In this document: positions 1 through 8,878 of the stretch, in pieces
How the letters are laid out: each line of letters opens with the position of its first letter
Position numbering within the stretch: position 1 is the first letter of the stretch
Assembly: GCA_044868695.1 (NCBI GenBank)
Contig: JBIOWP010000064.1
Coordinates: forward strand, 1 to 18,002
DNA length: 18,002 bases
Direction: 5' to 3'
Source of the DNA: a bacterium
GTDB lineage: Bacteria > Sysuimicrobiota > Sysuimicrobiia > Sysuimicrobiales > Kaftiobacteriaceae
The notes under the pieces: generated by a model
Seen by the model: the letters and a program-made list of their open reading frames with translations, nothing else
What the model was told of the DNA's origin: nothing
Database searches by the model: none
Made by a program: the position numbers and the translations under genes

Positions 1-266
1 TCGTTGTCGATCGTCTTGGGCACGTGCACGCTCTGGATGGCGCCGGCGTACAGCATGAGGCCTGAGAGGATGGTCAACCACGCCGCGACGGCCATGGCGA
101 CTTGGAAGCGTTTCTGTGAGGCGAGACGCTGCATGAACCGCGCGCCTTCAGGTCCACCCCCCGCGACCGCCGGCTGCAAGAACCCCACCAGAAAGAACGT
201 CGTCCCCGCCCAGAAGACCCCTGAGAAGATGTGGATCACCCGCAGGATGATCAGCGGCACGTTCAT
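1..266 (-). CDS. Small integral membrane protein, 3' end outside the window; not in the supplied ORF track
   Basis: ATG at 266-264 with AAGGAGG (282-276) 9 nt upstream. Open frame to the window edge: MNVPLIILRVIHIFSGVFWAGTTFFLVGFLQPAVAGGGPEGARFMQRLASQKRFQVAMAVAAWLTILSGLMLYAGAIQSVHVPKTIDN. Two hydrophobic helices. Lies 61 nt downstream of the RND stop on the same strand. Confidence 0.8.
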   Translation of the reverse strand, partial: MNVPLIILRVIHIFSGVFWAGTTFFLVGFLQPAVAGGGPEGARFMQRLASQKRFQVAMAVAAWLTILSGLMLYAGAIQSVHVPKTIDN

Positions 267-327
267 GGAATACAGCCTCCTTGGTAGCCCGTCATTGCCG
301 CCACTGGCAGTCAGCGCACTTCCGGTC

Positions 328-3300
328 CTATGAGCCTTCTTCTACCTGACCGTCCGCGTCTGCGACTTCAGGGACCATCGACGGCGCGGGCCCGACCTGA
401 GCAGAGCCCCGTAGCCGTGCCAGCATCCGCCCCCATACCAGACCGACCAGGTCGGCGACCCGCCCGAAGACGCGTACGCGGCTCAGATCGTCAAACAGCG
501 AGTAGATCACCGGGATCGCGACCAGGGTGAGCACGAGCGAAAGGACCTGGCCGCCGATGATCACGGAGCTCATCGCCCGATTCGTCTCCGCGCCGACGCC
601 ACGGGAGATCGCAAGCGGAATCATCCCGGCGACGAAGGCGATCGTGGTCATCAGGATGGGGCGGAGCCGGTCCCGGCTGGCCGCCACAATCGCGGCGTTC
701 CGGTCCAATCCCTGGGCCCGCAGCTGGTTGGCGTGGTCAATCTGCAGGATCGCGTTCTTTTTCACGACGCCGAACAGGACCAGGATCCCAAGCTGGGACA
801 GGATGTTCAGGGACCCATGCAGCAGGAGGATGGAGAGCAGCGCAAAGGGGACCGTCAGCGGCAGTGAGAGCAGGATCGTGATCGGATGGATCCAGGACTC
901 GAACTGGGCTGCCAGTACGAGGTACATGAACACGAAGGAGAGCATGAACGCCGTCATGAAGGCCGCCGCCTGCTCGCCCTGCGCTTCCGCCGCCCCCGCG
1001 AAGTTGGTCGCGTATCCGGCCGGAAGATCGAGCGCGCGAATCGCGGAGTCCAGCTGCCGCAGGATGCCGGCCTGGTCGGTGTTGGGCAGCAGGTTCGCGG
1101 TGAGAGTGACCTGACGCCGCCGGTTGAAGCGGTCGATGACACTGGGCCCGACGCCGCGGTCGATCCGCACGACCTGTTCGAGCGGAAGCGCCCCGACCGG
1201 CGGTGTGCCGACCGTGAGCTGGTTGAGGCCCTCCAGATTCCTGCGGTAGGCAGGCTCGGCGCGCATGTGCACCTCATATTGCTCGCCGCCCTCCGTGTAG
1301 GTGGAGACCTGCATCCCGCCCACGAGGACGCGCAGCGCCATCGCCGCATCCATTACGCTCACGCCGAGATCGGCCGCGCGAGCGCGATCGACCGTGATCC
1401 CGAGTTGCGGCTTGCGGCTGATCAATGACGAGTTGACATCCACGACTCCCGGCGTCTCACGCAGGACCTTTTCCCCCACCTCCGCGGCCCGCGTCAGCAC
1501 GGCGAGATCAGGTCCGCTGATCACGTAGTTGATCGGCTCGAATCCGCCGCCGAACTCCGACGCGAGGCTGACCTGCGTCCGCAGCCCAAGATACGCGTAC
1601 TTGGGGAGGACCTCGTCGCGTACTCGCGCCATCAGGACCGGCTGGGACAGTGTTCGCGTGGTCACATCGGTGAGTCGGACAAAGAGCGTGAAGCGATTCG
1701 GCGTGCGCTGAGGGTCATCTCCCACGGTGACGACCGTGTACTCGACGCCGGGGAGGCGACGGACCTCCAGCCCCAGCTGCGTCGCGAGGCGCTCCGTCGC
1801 CTCGAGGGTCCAGCCTTCAGGGGCCCGCACGACGACTTCAAACTGCGATTCGTCGTCTTCGGGAAGGAAGTTTTGGTTCACCGCCGCGCCGATCGGTGCG
1901 ATGCTGAACAGCGTGACGAGGATCAGGACGACCACGACCCATCGCCGGCGGAGGGACGCTCCCAACAACCTCAAATACCAGCGTTCCAGCGCGCCGTAGA
2001 TCCGGCCGCGCGATTGACCCGCGGGCGCCGAGTGGATCGCCCCCTCCGTGGCGTCGGATGCGGCCTGCCCGCTCCCCGGGGCCGACTGGCCGCCTCGCCT
2101 GGCGGACAGCCACCGTGCGGCGAGAGACGGAGTGAGGGTGAAGCTCACCAGCAAGGAAATCCCGATGGCGAACGCCATCGTGTATCCGAAGCTCGACATG
2201 AACCGCCCCACGATCCCGCTCATGAACGCCAGCGGGAGGAAGACGGCGATGAGGCTGAGCGTGGTGGCCGACACGGCCGGACCGATCTCCCGCGTCCCCT
2301 CGATCGCCGCCTGCGCCGGCGCCATGCCCTTCTCGTGGATGAATCGATAGATGTTCTCCAGGACGACAATGGCGTCATCGATGACGATGCCGACCACCAG
2401 CGCCAGCGCGAGCAGCGTGATGGTGTTGAGCGTCAACCCCATCGCGGACAGCAGCGCAAACGTGCTGATCAGTGACGTAGGAATGGCGATCGCCGCGATA
2501 ATCGTGGAGCGCCAGTTCCAGAGGAAGACGAGCACGACCAACGCCGCGAGGATCGACCCCAGAAGCAAGTGCTCCTGGACGGCATGGGTGGACGCCTCGA
2601 CGAACACCGCCTGATCACGGATGCGCCGCAATTCGTATCCTGAGGCCAGGGTGGACTCGAGGGCGTGGACTCTCTCCTTGACCGCTTCCACCACCGCAAG
2701 CGTGTTGGTGCCCGACTGCTTTCTCACCCTGAGAATGACCGCGCGCGCGCCGTCGACGTTGGCGACAGTTTCGGCCTCCGCGGCGCCATCCTCCATCCGG
2801 GCGACGTCGCCCAGCGCGATGGGCACGCGGTCCCGGCTGGCGATGACGACGCGTTCGAGCTGCGCGAGAGAGTCAACCCGCCCGAGGGTGCGGATCGTAA
2901 GGCGCTCGGCGCCCTGGTCGAGGCTTCCGGCCGGGACCTGCACGTTCTGCGCCTGCAGCGTCCGGATGACCTCGGCGACACCCAACCCATAGGCCTGGAG
3001 TTTGGCCGGATCGACGAAGATGTTGATCTGGCGGGCCTGGCCGCCGATGATCTCCACCTGGCCGACACCGGCCGTCCCTTCCAGCGCGGGGCGGATGACT
3101 TTGTCCGCGTACTCGGTGATGTCGCGGACCGGCCGGCTCGACGACAGCGCATACATCAGCACCGGCACGGCGCCGGGGTCGAAGCGCTCGACCACGGGGG
3201 GTTCGATCTCCGCGGGGAGGTCGGGCAGAGCGAGGTTGATCTTGTCCCTGATCTCCTGAACGGCGACGTCGATGTCCTTCTCAAGGAGAAACTGAACGAA

Positions 3301-3576
3301 GACGAGGGAGAATCCCTCCGCGGAAGTGGAACTCAGCGTGTCGATGCCGCTGATCGTGTTGACGGCTGCTTCGATCTTGTCGGTGACGTCCGTCTCGACT
3401 TCTTCCGGAGAGGCCCCGAGCACGCGCGTGCTGATCGAGACAAAGGGAATGTCGATGTTGGGCCACCGCTCGACGTTCAGCCGGTAGTAGGAGAACACGC
3501 CGAGGAAGACCAGCGTCAGGATGAGCACCGAGGCCAGAACCGGCCTGCGTACAGACACCTGGGCGAGCCACTGCAT
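328..3576 (-). CDS. RND efflux transporter permease, AcrB/AcrD/AcrF family (1082 aa)
   Basis: Start reassigned to ATG 3576 (MQWLAQVSVRRPV, a typical RND N-terminus) with an AAGGGGG RBS at 3591-3585. Proton-relay motifs GIVIDDAIVVLENI, GVVKKNAIL and RLRPILMTT. Two large periplasmic loops between TM clusters. Confidence 0.95.
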   Translation of the reverse strand: MQWLAQVSVRRPVLASVLILTLVFLGVFSYYRLNVERWPNIDIPFVSISTRVLGASPEEVETDVTDKIEAAVNTISGIDTLSSTSAEGFSLVFVQFLLEKDIDVAVQEIRDKINLALPDLPAEIEPPVVERFDPGAVPVLMYALSSSRPVRDITEYADKVIRPALEGTAGVGQVEIIGGQARQINIFVDPAKLQAYGLGVAEVIRTLQAQNVQVPAGSLDQGAERLTIRTLGRVDSLAQLERVVIASRDRVPIALGDVARMEDGAAEAETVANVDGARAVILRVRKQSGTNTLAVVEAVKERVHALESTLASGYELRRIRDQAVFVEASTHAVQEHLLLGSILAALVVLVFLWNWRSTIIAAIAIPTSLISTFALLSAMGLTLNTITLLALALVVGIVIDDAIVVLENIYRFIHEKGMAPAQAAIEGTREIGPAVSATTLSLIAVFLPLAFMSGIVGRFMSSFGYTMAFAIGISLLVSFTLTPSLAARWLSARRGGQSAPGSGQAASDATEGAIHSAPAGQSRGRIYGALERWYLRLLGASLRRRWVVVVLILVTLFSIAPIGAAVNQNFLPEDDESQFEVVVRAPEGWTLEATERLATQLGLEVRRLPGVEYTVVTVGDDPQRTPNRFTLFVRLTDVTTRTLSQPVLMARVRDEVLPKYAYLGLRTQVSLASEFGGGFEPINYVISGPDLAVLTRAAEVGEKVLRETPGVVDVNSSLISRKPQLGITVDRARAADLGVSVMDAAMALRVLVGGMQVSTYTEGGEQYEVHMRAEPAYRRNLEGLNQLTVGTPPVGALPLEQVVRIDRGVGPSVIDRFNRRRQVTLTANLLPNTDQAGILRQLDSAIRALDLPAGYATNFAGAAEAQGEQAAAFMTAFMLSFVFMYLVLAAQFESWIHPITILLSLPLTVPFALLSILLLHGSLNILSQLGILVLFGVVKKNAILQIDHANQLRAQGLDRNAAIVAASRDRLRPILMTTIAFVAGMIPLAISRGVGAETNRAMSSVIIGGQVLSLVLTLVAIPVIYSLFDDLSRVRVFGRVADLVGLVWGRMLARLRGSAQVGPAPSMVPEVADADGQVEEGS

Positions 3577-3589
3577 GAGCGTTTCCCCC

Positions 3590-4693
3590 TTACCGCTGCG
3601 GCGGTTGCGGCGCCACGGCCTGATTGTCAGTGAGACCCTCTTGACCTTCGACCACGACGAGCTCACCTGGGCGGACCCCTGACGTGGCTTCCACGCGCCC
3701 GTCCTGACGGTCACCCAACGTAACGGTACGCCTGACCGCGCGGCCGGCCTGAACCACAAAGATCACCGGCCCGCCAGCGGTCGTCAGCACCGCCCGCTCC
3801 GCAATCTGCAGGACGGCGGCCCGTGTTCCGGTCACGATCGTGCCCCGCGCAAACACTCCCGTCTGGAGCATCCGCGCGTGGTTGGGAACCCGGACCTTGA
3901 CGACGAACGAGCGGTTGGCCGCAGAGGCTCCGGGACTGATGTCCGCGATCCGTCCCGTAAAGATCCGGCCCGGCAGGGAATCCACTGTGATGGCGGCGGT
4001 CAGGCCTGGCCGCAGCGCCGCACGGTGGCGCTCGGGCACGGCCAGTTCCACGTACACGTTGTCCATTTGCGCCAGGACAAACGACGGCACGACCGGCGAT
4101 ACGGCCTCACCCGGTTCCACCGACCGCTGGATGATCGTGCCGGCGAAGGGGGCGGTGACGGTCGCGTCGCGCAGCTGGATCTGCGCGCCGGCCAGCGCGG
4201 CCCGCGTCAGGTCGAGCTGCGCCAGTGCGGCCGCGAACTGCGCCTCTGCGGCATCGAGCTCCTGCCGGGAGACCGCGCCGGTCTGATAGAGTTCCCGCAT
4301 CCGCTGCACGCTGGCGTCCGCCAGGTCCAGCGCCGCGCTGGCCTGCGCCGCGCCGGCGCGGGCCTGGGACTCGGTTGCGGCCAGCTGGTCGCTCCGCAGA
4401 CGCATCAGTGGGGCGCCGAGCGGCACCCGCTGCCCTTCGCTGACAAAGACCTCCGCGACGATGCCCGACAGCGTCGACGCCACCCTGGCCTCTCTCAGGC
4501 TCGCGACTGTGCCGGTAGCCGACACGCTCGCCACGACGTCCCCGGGCTGGGCAGCGACGACCGTCACCGGGACCGGCGACGGCTGCGCCAGTTGAGTTTC
4601 CGCCGTGGGCGCGCCGCCTCTTGCCCGAACCGCGAGAAAGCCGCCGGCGAGCGCGACGATGATTGCGCCAACGATGAACACTCGGATCCGCAT
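3590..4693 (-). CDS. RND periplasmic adaptor / membrane fusion protein (367 aa)
   Basis: N-terminal hydrophobic anchor; lipoyl half-motifs SGIVAEVFVSEGQRV and VTAPFAGTI flank an Ala/Gln coiled coil; C-terminal VVVEGQEGL. ATG 4693 is preferred over 4708 because GAGGAGG (4706-4700) lies 6 nt upstream. Confidence 0.93.
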   Translation of the reverse strand: MRIRVFIVGAIIVALAGGFLAVRARGGAPTAETQLAQPSPVPVTVVAAQPGDVVASVSATGTVASLREARVASTLSGIVAEVFVSEGQRVPLGAPLMRLRSDQLAATESQARAGAAQASAALDLADASVQRMRELYQTGAVSRQELDAAEAQFAAALAQLDLTRAALAGAQIQLRDATVTAPFAGTIIQRSVEPGEAVSPVVPSFVLAQMDNVYVELAVPERHRAALRPGLTAAITVDSLPGRIFTGRIADISPGASAANRSFVVKVRVPNHARMLQTGVFARGTIVTGTRAAVLQIAERAVLTTAGGPVIFVVQAGRAVRRTVTLGDRQDGRVEATSGVRPGELVVVEGQEGLTDNQAVAPQPPQR

Positions 4694-4704
4694 GATGTGC
4701 CTCC

Positions 4705-5973
4705 TCATTGTGATCCCATTGCCAGGATCAGTTGAATACGCGCGGCGTTCTGGTTGAACCGCGCAGACGCCAGCGCCTGCTCCGCGAGGGCCAGGTTCGA
4801 TTGAGCTGTCAGCAGCTCCAGCGATGTGCCGACACCGGTCTGATAGCGTGCCGTAGCGAGGCGGACAGACTCGCGGCCTTGCTCACCGGCTTTGGTGGCC
4901 GCCGCCAGTTCGCCCGCCGCCCGCTGAAGCGCGAGCCAGGCCGTTCGCACGTCCAGCTCCACCTGCTGGCGGGTCTGCGCCTCTCTGATCTTCAATTGCG
5001 CGAGCTGCAATTGAGCCTCGCCGATCCGCGCCTGTGTGATGCCGCCGTCGAACACCGAAAACATGACGCTCAAGGTCACCGACCAGCTCCCAAAGACGGT
5101 GGCGGCCTGCCCGTCCGCGTTGGTGAAGGCATACCCCACGCCGAGGCCCAGGGTTGGCCGGCCGCCGCTCCTCGCGACCTCGACGCCCGCCTCGGCCGCT
5201 TCGGACTGGGCCCTCAGGGCCGCCAGGTCCGGCCGGCTGCGCAGCGCCCGCGCAATGGTGTCCGCAAGCGTGCCGTCGATGGGCCGTGGGGTCAGGGTGT
5301 CCGTGAGCTCCAGCGCCGTGTCCAGCGGGAGGCCGAGCACCGCGTTGAGGCCGGCCTGCGCGTTCGCGACGCCGGTCTGCGCCTGCACCAGCGTCTGCTC
5401 CGCGTTCGCGACGGCCACCTCCGCCTGAAGCACGTCGAGCCGTGACGCGACCCCGGCAGTGAACCTGATCCGGGCGACGCGAAGGCTCTCATTGGCCGAG
5501 GCCACTGCCCGCTGAGCCGCGGCGACGCTCTCGGCCGCCAGCAGCGCCTGCAGGTAGGCCTGCTCGGCCGTAAACACCACCTGCTGTTTCATCCGCTCGT
5601 AGGTCGCCTGGGCGCCCCGCAGATTCGCCTCGGCCAGCGCGGTCCGCGCCTCCAGGGCCCCGCCCGTCGACAGGGGATACGTCACAGTGAGTCCCGAGGC
5701 GTAGACGTTGGGATCGAGCGGCGGAAGCTCTTGTGTGCGGGTGTACGCGCCTGACAGGATGGCCTGGGGCTGCTTGGCACCCTGGGCCGCGGCGAGCTGC
5801 GCGCGGGCGATGGCGGCGTCGAAGGCGGCCGCCCGGAGCTGCAGGTTATCGCGGAGCACGATGTCCGTCACCTGCGCGAACGACAGGCGGGACACCGGCT
5901 GCGCTACGGCGTGCGCGGGAATCATCCCGGCGAGGACGGCGGCGAACAGTAGCGAGACAATCCCTCGGATCAT
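4705..5973 (-). CDS. TolC-family outer membrane efflux protein (422 aa)
   Basis: Start reassigned to ATG 5973 (AGGAG at 5988-5984), which gives a signal peptide MIRGIVSLLFAAVLAGMIPAHAVA-Q. Two OEP repeats: RFTAGVASRLDVLQAEV and RYQTGVGTSLELLTAQ. Directly upstream of the MFP and RND genes. Confidence 0.92.
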   Translation of the reverse strand: MIRGIVSLLFAAVLAGMIPAHAVAQPVSRLSFAQVTDIVLRDNLQLRAAAFDAAIARAQLAAAQGAKQPQAILSGAYTRTQELPPLDPNVYASGLTVTYPLSTGGALEARTALAEANLRGAQATYERMKQQVVFTAEQAYLQALLAAESVAAAQRAVASANESLRVARIRFTAGVASRLDVLQAEVAVANAEQTLVQAQTGVANAQAGLNAVLGLPLDTALELTDTLTPRPIDGTLADTIARALRSRPDLAALRAQSEAAEAGVEVARSGGRPTLGLGVGYAFTNADGQAATVFGSWSVTLSVMFSVFDGGITQARIGEAQLQLAQLKIREAQTRQQVELDVRTAWLALQRAAGELAAATKAGEQGRESVRLATARYQTGVGTSLELLTAQSNLALAEQALASARFNQNAARIQLILAMGSQ

Positions 5974-6041
5974 GCCCCTTCGTCTCCTAGAACGTCTATG
6001 TACTCGTCGAACAACGGGCGCCGAGATCGACGCAGAGATCA

Positions 6042-6050
6042 ACCCTACCA
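6042..6050 (-). promoter_or_regulatory. Candidate extended -10 element (TG-N-TAGGGT) of the efflux operon promoter
   Basis: The minus strand reads TGGTAGGGT from 6050 to 6042. This predicts a start site near 6035 and centres the CRP-type site at -41.5. Confidence 0.5.
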
Positions 6051-6068
6051 AACCCCGGGATCGATCCA

Positions 6069-6084
6069 TGTGACCGATGTCACA
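6069..6084. promoter_or_regulatory. CRP/FNR-family binding site, CRP consensus TGTGA-N6-TCACA
   Basis: TGTGA CCGATG TCACA matches all 10 core positions. It lies about 100 nt upstream of the tolC start and overlaps the TGA stop of the receiver gene. Confidence 0.7.
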
Positions 6085-6472
6085 CTTTCCCCCTGTCCGT
6101 AAGGGGAGATGGTCGCCTGGTCTGACGGATCGCCTGGAGCAGCCGGTCTCCATTCTCGTGTTTCGAGACGAACACGGTCGCGCCGGCCGCCAGTGCGCGG
6201 TCGCGTGAGAACGCATCGTCACGGAGGCTAAGAACCACGACCACGCTCTCGGGCGAGACGGAGCGCATCGCCTCGATCAATCCGGGGGTGTCGAGTTCCG
6301 CTGATTCGACGTCCACCAGGATGACATCGGGACGAAGGACTGCCGCTCTTGACAGCGCGGCAAGCATGTCATCGGCTTCGCCGACCACGGTCACATCGGG
6401 CTCTAACTTAAGCCGCATCCGCAGGCCGGACCGGATGGCGGGCTGGCTCTCGACGAGCAAAAGGCGTATCAT
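6080..6472 (-). CDS. Stand-alone receiver-domain protein, NarL-like REC without HTH (130 aa)
   Basis: ATG 6472 with AGAGG at 6484-6480. Sequence MIRLLLVES...RPDVILVD...VVVLSL...AGATVFVSK retains the phospho-Asp, Ser and Lys. The acidic pair is altered to ES. The protein ends soon after helix 5. Confidence 0.85.
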   Translation of the reverse strand: MIRLLLVESQPAIRSGLRMRLKLEPDVTVVGEADDMLAALSRAAVLRPDVILVDVESAELDTPGLIEAMRSVSPESVVVVLSLRDDAFSRDRALAAGATVFVSKHENGDRLLQAIRQTRRPSPLTDRGKV

Positions 6473-6561
6473 CGGTCTACCTCTAAGTAACGGCCATCGC
6501 AGCCTCACGAGCATCGAGCAAACGGTGGGCTGCGACGTCCAGCCTATGGGTGGTGGGGAGT

Positions 6562-6577
6562 TCCGACCAAAGGCGGA
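6562..6577. promoter_or_regulatory. Imperfect 16-bp inverted repeat TCCGACCAAAGGCGGA, candidate NarL/LiaR-type regulator box
   Basis: TCCG...CGGA dyad in the divergent intergenic region, about 50 nt upstream of the NarL-family gene. Related CCAAAG/CTTTG elements occur at 8879-8935. Confidence 0.4.
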
Positions 6578-6625
6578 CGACAGGGACCACACAATGGTGG
6601 ACACTAGCGTCCGGAGATGGCAGCC

Positions 6626-7276
6626 ATGGTGACCCGGATTTTGATTGCCGATGACCATAGCGTCGTGCGCCAGGGGCTGCGTATGTTCTTGGGCCTCGAC
6701 CCCGAACTGGAGGTCGTCGCAGAGGCCACCGACGGGTCGGAAGCCCTGCGTCTGGCCCGCGAGTTGCGGCCGGACGTCGTCCTGATGGACTTGTTGATGC
6801 CGAAGATGGATGGGATTGCCGCAACCCGGGAGGTCAGGCGGGAACTGCCAGACACCGAAGTGCTGGCGCTGACGAGCGTCCTGGAGGACGCCGCGGTGGT
6901 CAATGCCGTCCGGGCCGGCGCGATCGGCTACCTGCTGAAGAACACCGAGGCCGACGAGCTGTGCCGCGCCATCAAGGCGGCCGCGGCGGGCCAGGTCCAG
7001 CTCTCGCCGGAGGCGGCCGCCCGTCTAATGCGCGAGGTCCGGGCACCTGAGAGTCCCGAAACGCTGACCGAGCGTGAGACCGACGTTCTCAGGCTGCTCG
7101 CCGAAGGCAAGGCCAACAAGCAGATCGCCGTGACGCTCGGAATCGGCGAGAAAACGGTGAAGACGCACGTCAGCAATATCCTCGCCAAGCTGGGCGTGCA
7201 GAGCCGTACGCAGGCGGCGCTGTACGCCGCCAGAATCGGTCTCGTCCCCACGACGCAGGTAGGAGCGCGCACATGA
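6626..7276 (+). CDS. NarL/FixJ-family response regulator (REC + LuxR HTH)
   Basis: RILIADDH, PDVVLMDLLMP and GAIGYLLK receiver motifs; LTERETDVLRLLAEGKANKQIA...KTVKTHVSNILAKLGVQSRTQA LuxR HTH. GGAG at 6613-6616 favours ATG 6626 over 6617. Confidence 0.96.
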   Translation: MVTRILIADDHSVVRQGLRMFLGLDPELEVVAEATDGSEALRLARELRPDVVLMDLLMPKMDGIAATREVRRELPDTEVLALTSVLEDAAVVNAVRAGAIGYLLKNTEADELCRAIKAAAAGQVQLSPEAAARLMREVRAPESPETLTERETDVLRLLAEGKANKQIAVTLGIGEKTVKTHVSNILAKLGVQSRTQAALYAARIGLVPTTQVGART

Positions 7277-8859
7277 TGCAGCCCGCCGCCTCGCTGGGAA
7301 TGCTCTCCGCCCCGTTCGAAGCCTCGTCGGAGGCGGTCATCCTGATCAGCGAAGATGACCGGATCCTCTACGCCAACCCGGCGGCATGCCGGATCACCGG
7401 TTACCGGCTGGATGAACTGCTGGGCGCGCACGCCTACGGGTCGATGCCGCCCGACGCGCGCGAAGCGCTCCAGGCAGCGATCAAGCACCATGACGCGACG
7501 CAGCCTCCCGGGACCATCATGCGCGGCACGTCGGTGATGACCCGGGCGAACGGGGAGAACTACGAGGCGGAATTCACCGCGGCCCTGCTGATGCTCGACG
7601 GGCGCTGCCTGGTGTCCGTCATGTTCCACGACGTCTCCGAAGTGCAGGGGATGGCGCGCAAGGTTGAAGCCCTCTCCGAAATCGCCTCGCAGGTGGCATT
7701 CGCGGAATCAGCACTCGAGACGACGCTCTCGAGCCTGGCGAAGAGCGTGGTGCGGGCCACCGGGACCGTTGCCTGCGCGGTGTGTCTGGTCGACGAGAAC
7801 GGAGAGCTTCGCCAGACCGCCGACGGGCGCTTCGTGTGGGGGGCCTATGGTCTGCCCAACGATCCGGACGTGGAGGCGCAGTGGAGGGCGGCCGCTCAGC
7901 GCGGGGCGCGGCCCAATGTCGATTCCGTCCGGGAACGGCGTCCCATGGTCCACGCGGGCGCCCGCACCAAACTTCTTGATGACCCGGCCTTCGAGCCCAT
8001 GTATCCCTACCTGCGCGAGGCCCCCTGGGAAGCCGTTGCCTCGATGCCCATGCTCTATCGCAATAACGCCATCGGCGCGCTCAACGTCTTCTACCCCCGG
8101 GGAAAGAACCCGGGCCATATGGAGATCGCGTTTCTCACGGCGATCGCCGGTCAGGCCGCCGTCGCCGTGGAGAATTCCAGGCTGATTAACGACGCGAGGG
8201 AGAAGGCGATCCTCGAAGAACGGCAGCGGATCGCGCGCGAGCTGCATGATTCCGTCTCCCAGGCCCTGTACGGTATCGCCCTCGGCGCGCGCACCGCGCG
8301 CACGCTGGTGGACCGCGATCCTGCACAGGCGGCGGGGCCGCTCGACTATGTGCTTTCCCTCGCCGAGGCCGCCCTCGCTGAGATGCGGGCCCTGATCTTC
8401 GAGCTGAGGCCGGAAACGCTCGAGACCGAGGGGCTCGTCGGCGCACTCACTATGCAGATCGAAGCGGTCCGTGCCCGGCACGGGCTCGAGATCCATGCCG
8501 AGTGGTGCAGTGAACCCGACCTCACTCACGCGGTGAAGGAAGCCCTCTACCGCATCGCCCAGGAGGCGCTCACGAACATCACCAAACACGCCCGCGCCCG
8601 GCGGGTGGACGTGCGCATGGCCTGCGACTCGGATCAGATTACGCTTGAAGTCAGCGACGACGGCGTCGGGTTCGCCTCGGAAGATTCGTTCCCCGGCCAC
8701 CTCGGGCTGCGTTCGATGCGGGAGCGCGCGCGCAATGCGGGCGGCACCGTTGACGTAGAGAGCGTGCCGCTGCGGGGAACACGTATCCGGATCCGCATCC
8801 CCTACGAGAAGAGGGCCGCGCCGCGCTCCTCCCCGAGAACTTCCATCATTTCTCCCTAG
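7273..8859 (+). CDS. Soluble sensor histidine kinase, PAS-GAF-HisKA_3-HATPase_c
   Basis: PAS (RILYANPAACRITGY..DELLG); GAF (SMPMLYRNNAIGALNVF, AIAGQAAVAVEN); H-box ERQRIARELHDSVSQ; N-box IAQEALTNITKHA; DDGVGF and GLRSMRERA. ATGA overlap with the regulator. No TM segment is evident. Confidence 0.95.
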   Translation: MMQPAASLGMLSAPFEASSEAVILISEDDRILYANPAACRITGYRLDELLGAHAYGSMPPDAREALQAAIKHHDATQPPGTIMRGTSVMTRANGENYEAEFTAALLMLDGRCLVSVMFHDVSEVQGMARKVEALSEIASQVAFAESALETTLSSLAKSVVRATGTVACAVCLVDENGELRQTADGRFVWGAYGLPNDPDVEAQWRAAAQRGARPNVDSVRERRPMVHAGARTKLLDDPAFEPMYPYLREAPWEAVASMPMLYRNNAIGALNVFYPRGKNPGHMEIAFLTAIAGQAAVAVENSRLINDAREKAILEERQRIARELHDSVSQALYGIALGARTARTLVDRDPAQAAGPLDYVLSLAEAALAEMRALIFELRPETLETEGLVGALTMQIEAVRARHGLEIHAEWCSEPDLTHAVKEALYRIAQEALTNITKHARARRVDVRMACDSDQITLEVSDDGVGFASEDSFPGHLGLRSMRERARNAGGTVDVESVPLRGTRIRIRIPYEKRAAPRSSPRTSIISP

Positions 8860-8878
8860 AATTGCTATGAGTCTGCGA

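Noticed and set aside
272..281. AGGAGGCTGT occurs before both the ATG at 266 (minus) and the ATG at 8963 (plus, 8948-8957)
   Set aside because: Six of the ten bases are the Shine-Dalgarno sequence, and a 4-nt extra match is plausible by chance.
4..333. Plus-strand 109-aa ORF in the track
   Set aside because: It is the antisense shadow of the minus-strand membrane-protein gene, which has a strong RBS and a coherent sequence.
328..3576. RND pump considered as a CusA/CzcA heavy-metal type
   Set aside because: The TM4 motif (GIVIDDAIVVLENI) fits the HAE1-like type, and there are no metal chaperone or metal regulator genes nearby. The substrate cannot be assigned.
6023..6067. GAGATC direct repeat (6023, 6035) and GGATCGATCC palindrome (6058-6067) in the tolC promoter region
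   Set aside because: These are short, and GATC-containing words are very common in this window, so they cannot be distinguished from background.
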